Of a stretch of 39,028 bases of DNA, positions 35,609 to 39,028 are shown piece after piece. Both the position numbers and the translations under genes were made by a program. The notes beneath the pieces were generated by a model, which saw only the letters and a program-made list of their open reading frames with translations, searched no databases and was not told the origin of the DNA. How positions within the stretch are numbered: position 1 is the stretch's first letter; the number at the start of each line of letters is the position of its first letter. This DNA comes from Pirellulaceae bacterium (GTDB lineage Bacteria > Planctomycetota > Planctomycetia > Pirellulales > Pirellulaceae), in the NCBI GenBank assembly GCA_036821925.1, contig DAISIS010000001.1, forward strand, positions 1-39,028. The letters run 5' to 3'.

Positions 35609-37633
35609 TCAGACGTTCTGGCAGAGATGCTGCCAGAGGCGGCGGAGATTGGTGCGGCGCTCAACCGCGATCGGCTGGCGGCCGTAGACCAGCTGACAGT
35701 AGAGCTCGGCCAGCAGGTGCGTGTCCGGGCCCAAGGCGGCGTGCCGGCCTGCGAGCCGCTGAGCATACTCCAGCGGCGTCTGGTCCGGGGCGCGTGCGCA
35801 CCCGTGTTCACGCCCCCAGGCCTCGAGCGCTGCAAACGTGTAGCAGACGAGCTGTTCGGTCGTATAACGCTTGGCCCGGCCGGTGGCAAACGGATCCTGG
35901 TAGCTGGCGAACGATGGTGCGGGCGGCTCCGCCTGCGGCTGCTCCAACGCCGCGGACGCAGCGTCGGACGGCGCGCGTCGACCCCACAGACTGGCCCACA
36001 GGTGCTGCAGGTCCCGCCACAGCTGAGCGAGCGCCTGGCGGACTTGTGCGCGGTATTTCCAGGCGCAGAAGAGCGCGGCACACAACAGCCCGACGAACAG
36101 CAACAGCTTCAAGAACGGGCCAACAGCGCGCAGCAGGGCGGACCCGATCTGGCTCGGACTCCGGGGCGGACGGGATCGGGAAAGTGGCGGCGACGACGGA
36201 GGCAGCTTCTGCTGGTGCGCCGGTTCGGGCGGGCGATCGGCCGCGGCTGGCTGCGGCCGGTCGTGTTCAGGCTCAGGCTGCGCACCGCGGGCCTGCCCGG
36301 GCTCCGGCTTCACGGGGCCGCTGTCTCCAGCCGGGTCCTCAGCTTGACGGGCCTGTTCGGAGCCGCCCGGCTGCTGCGTATCGCGTGGCGTGGGGCCGTC
36401 GTCGGATGCCCGGCCGGAATCCGGATCCGGTGTTGCAGCCCCGGACTGCTGCGGATCGTGTTGCGCATCCGGTTGTGGACTCTCCGAGTTCGGCGGTGTG
36501 CGGGACTGCGAAGCGGTCGGCGCCGCCTGTCGCTTCGCGCCATCTGCTTCCTGTCCAGTGGGGCCCGAGCCTGCAGGCGACTGATCCGTTGGCGGGTGTT
36601 CGGAGGTGAATGACGAGGGTTGTTTGGTCGGGCGGGTGGCCGTGGCGTGCTCGGTCCGCTCTGTCCCGTCACGGCCGAGGGCGTGGGGGCTGGTCTGCCG
36701 ATGGTCTTTCGAGTCCAACGTGATTGAGAACGGCAGTTGCGAGAGGGACAGCGTGGCGCCGGGGCGCGGCAGAACCAGGCAGGCCAGCAGGACTGCCACG
36801 ATCATGGTGGCCCCCAGGCCGAGCCACACGCGGGCCATATCCGCTGGCATCGGCACGTGGCGCTGCCGCAAATACCGGCGCAATCCCAGGAAACTGGTGG
36901 TCAGCAGCAGCGCCAGCGCGCAGGCCACGTAGACACAGATGAGTCGAAAGGCGTGGGCACGACTGGCGACGTCGGTGGCGGGGAGCAGCCACTGTCCCAC
37001 TCCGAACAGAGGCAGGGCAGCCAGAGCGTAGTACAGGACCCAGACGCCCGGCGTATGAGGCCGCCGCCGCCGCTCGACCATCCGCTGATACCAGTCCGGA
37101 TCGCCGGGCGCCGCGCTGGTCGGGTCATGTGGACGGTTTGCGGGTGACGGCAGTCCCTCGCGGGGCTGGACGGCGTGGACCTGCTGTTCCACCGTGTCGG
37201 CATCGAACCCCATTCCCTGCAGCAGTCCCTCCCCGGACGCATCCTGCTGGTCGTCGATGAACGTACAGTCCCAGGTCAGTTTGTGGGCGCTCCACCAGAC
37301 GACGGCCAGGAACCCCGCGTTGATCAGGCTGCTGTACGGGGCCAGCGGCCCTTGAATTTCCGCGAACTTGACCATGGCCAGGAATGTCAGGATGGCCAGG
37401 GGGATGGCGAACAGCGACGCGTACTCGATGCCGTTCTCCATCGAGATGCGCGCGATGAGCACGATGGCCAGCGTGAACATGGCGAAGATGAAGGTCAGCC
37501 GCGCGCCATACTGGCCGTGATAGAGGATCGTCAACAGGAAGAACAGCAGGCTCCCCACCATCCCCATGATCAGAGCGGGGCTGATCCCGATGACCAGGTA
37601 ATCCACGAGTGTCTGGCGGGGCCGTGTGACCAT
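35609..37633 (-). CDS. polytopic membrane protein with a long Pro/Gln/Ser/Asp-rich disordered segment and a C-terminal DUF4129-like domain
   Basis: TM clusters at residues ~10-125 and ~195-300, and one TM at ~505-525. The C-terminus reads TPLEYAQRLAGRH...LAELYCQLVYG. It lies 15 nt downstream of the DUF58 gene. Confidence 0.8.
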   Translation of the reverse strand: MVTRPRQTLVDYLVIGISPALIMGMVGSLLFFLLTILYHGQYGARLTFIFAMFTLAIVLIARISMENGIEYASLFAIPLAILTFLAMVKFAEIQGPLAPYSSLINAGFLAVVWWSAHKLTWDCTFIDDQQDASGEGLLQGMGFDADTVEQQVHAVQPREGLPSPANRPHDPTSAAPGDPDWYQRMVERRRRPHTPGVWVLYYALAALPLFGVGQWLLPATDVASRAHAFRLICVYVACALALLLTTSFLGLRRYLRQRHVPMPADMARVWLGLGATMIVAVLLACLVLPRPGATLSLSQLPFSITLDSKDHRQTSPHALGRDGTERTEHATATRPTKQPSSFTSEHPPTDQSPAGSGPTGQEADGAKRQAAPTASQSRTPPNSESPQPDAQHDPQQSGAATPDPDSGRASDDGPTPRDTQQPGGSEQARQAEDPAGDSGPVKPEPGQARGAQPEPEHDRPQPAAADRPPEPAHQQKLPPSSPPLSRSRPPRSPSQIGSALLRAVGPFLKLLLFVGLLCAALFCAWKYRAQVRQALAQLWRDLQHLWASLWGRRAPSDAASAALEQPQAEPPAPSFASYQDPFATGRAKRYTTEQLVCYTFAALEAWGREHGCARAPDQTPLEYAQRLAGRHAALGPDTHLLAELYCQLVYGRQPIAVERRTNLRRLWQHLCQNV

Positions 37634-37648
37634 ATGGGACCTGTCTGG

Positions 37649-38980
37649 CTAACGCATGACGACTTGTTGGCAGATGTGGGAAACGGCGGCTTCATCTTTC
37701 AGGTGATGTGTCTCGATGCCCACGGCCGTGAGCGATCCCGCCCCGGCCGCATAGTCATGCTCATCGTACACATTGAGCATGGCGGTGACGGCCAGTCCTC
37801 GGCGCCGGAGGTCCTGCAGCGTGACCACCGTCTCGGTCGTCACCTCAGGCACGATGACGATGAGCGTGGCGTCGCGCGGAATGTGCCCTTCGACTTCCCG
37901 GATCAGTTCCGGCAGACGCAGGCCGTCGGTCAATTCTACGCGCGCGAGCGTCTCGAGGATCCGCCGCAGCTGTTCGGCGCCGCGGCGCGTTGGCACCAGA
38001 ATGGGCCGCAGCCGGTCGCTGTGTTCCCGCATGCCGGCCGCCTGCCGCGCCTGGGTGCGGGTGCGTGGATCGAAGTCCCAGCCTTCGACGCGGATCCGGT
38101 CGGCGGCATCGCGGCCGTTGGTGATCAGCCCAATCTGCTGCCCCATCGTGTAGACCGCGTGGGCAATCGACGCGGCGGCCACCACGGCCAGCTCGCTGCG
38201 GAACGGTTCGTGACGCGCTGGATGGCTGGCGTGGTGGAATTCCAGCAGCACCGTCGCGCCGGCGACCGACGAGGGCTCGTAAACCTTGCTGTGCAGCGCG
38301 CCGGTGCGGGCCGTGGCGCGCCAGTGGACCCGGTTGAGCGGATCACCCGGCTGATAGGCACGGACCCCGGCGATGCGGGTCGGGTCTTCGTACAGCCGAT
38401 AGGTCATCCGCACTTCGCCGATCGGTCGCCGTGAAGCGAGCTCGAATCCCGCGAGCGGCATGATGGGCGGGTAGACCATCAGGAAATGGGGCTCGGTCAC
38501 CACGCGGAAGCGCCGGTGCAGGCCGAACAGATCCCCGGTCTCGGCGACCAGGGGCCCGAGCTGATAGTAGCCGCGGCGATTGCAGACGAGCTGATAGCGG
38601 AGGGATTTCCGGCCGTGCGGCCGGATCATCTGCAGCTGGAGGCGATGGCCGCGCAGCTGCAGGTCGGGCGGGCGGAACATCAAAGCCCGGCGGGGCAGCA
38701 GGTCCTCGGCCAGAAGCCAGGCGATGGGTAGCCGGCCCGTGTTCTCCAGGGTCACAACCACGGCCACCGTGTCTCCGACTTCGGCCGTCAGCCGATTGCA
38801 CTCGCGCTGCGCCGCCACGCTCCGGGCCCAGGCCTGCGACACCCCGCGGCTGATCACCAGGATCGCCAGGAACACATACATGGCGTACGCCAGCAGCTCC
38901 ATTCGCAGGACGAGCGCCAGCACCAGAATCAGGATGGCCACAGTGATCCAGCGCATGGCGGCTGCACGCACCTCCCGCAT
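37649..38980 (-). CDS. DUF58 domain-containing protein
   Basis: Two N-terminal TM helices. Hallmark YQPGDPLNRVHWRATARTGALHSKVYE. ATG 38980 overlaps the upstream stop (ATGA). Confidence 0.9.
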   Translation of the reverse strand: MREVRAAAMRWITVAILILVLALVLRMELLAYAMYVFLAILVISRGVSQAWARSVAAQRECNRLTAEVGDTVAVVVTLENTGRLPIAWLLAEDLLPRRALMFRPPDLQLRGHRLQLQMIRPHGRKSLRYQLVCNRRGYYQLGPLVAETGDLFGLHRRFRVVTEPHFLMVYPPIMPLAGFELASRRPIGEVRMTYRLYEDPTRIAGVRAYQPGDPLNRVHWRATARTGALHSKVYEPSSVAGATVLLEFHHASHPARHEPFRSELAVVAAASIAHAVYTMGQQIGLITNGRDAADRIRVEGWDFDPRTRTQARQAAGMREHSDRLRPILVPTRRGAEQLRRILETLARVELTDGLRLPELIREVEGHIPRDATLIVIVPEVTTETVVTLQDLRRRGLAVTAMLNVYDEHDYAAGAGSLTAVGIETHHLKDEAAVSHICQQVVMR

Positions 38981-39028
38981 CAGGACATCGTCGGGACTGC
39001 GATTTCGGCCACGACTTCGTCCACCACC
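38980..39028 (-). CDS. 3' end of a probable MoxR-type AAA+ ATPase gene (only 15 codons visible)
   Basis: The minus-strand frame ends ...VVDEVVAEIAVPTMS-stop, which resembles MoxR C-termini. It sits in the canonical position upstream of DUF58. The call rests mostly on context. Confidence 0.4.
   Translation of the reverse strand, partial: VVDEVVAEIAVPTMS

Overview
High-GC chromosomal segment. I recognise 31 protein-coding genes and no rRNA, tRNA, CRISPR array, transposase or integrase. Several protein features point to Planctomycetota: an N-terminal ERLELRVMLA-type secretion motif, dockerin-like repeats, a PEP-CTERM anchor, a TAT-signal Gfo/Idh/MocA oxidoreductase, a multi-TM PQQ-like propeller and archaeal-type pterin genes. 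Blocks from left to right: (1) a pta-ackA-DUF4954 operon on the minus strand. (2) A secreted cysteine-rich protein. (3) A sulfur block on the minus strand, made of two trans-sulfuration PLP enzymes followed by sbp-cysT-cysW-cysA. (4) A long plus-strand run: a GAF/sigma-54 enhancer-binding protein, a membrane PQQ-like beta-propeller, an atypical SDR, a dihydropteroate-synthase-like protein, pabB, pabA, a DUF447::beta-RFAP-synthase fusion, pdxJ, dapA and a GT4 glycosyltransferase. The SDR-to-fusion part reads as a tetrahydromethanopterin (H4MPT)-type pterin biosynthesis cluster. (5) A CbiA/CobB-like protein whose catalytic motifs all look degenerate. (6) rnc plus a PP-loop ATPase. (7) A PEP-CTERM protein next to a 1261-aa secreted protein with two DTGA aspartic-protease lobes, A-B-A-B domain repeats and a dockerin-like tail. 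(8) A MoxR-DUF58-membrane/DUF4129 module. The most distinctive non-coding signal is a 16-bp palindrome family (CCGTGA-N4-TCACGG). It occurs as pairs in exactly two intergenic regions: upstream of the sulfate-transporter promoter, and over the promoter of the sigma-54 activator gene. Many very long ORFs in the track are antisense shadow ORFs typical of high-GC DNA and were rejected. All homology statements come from my own recognition of motifs, not from searches.
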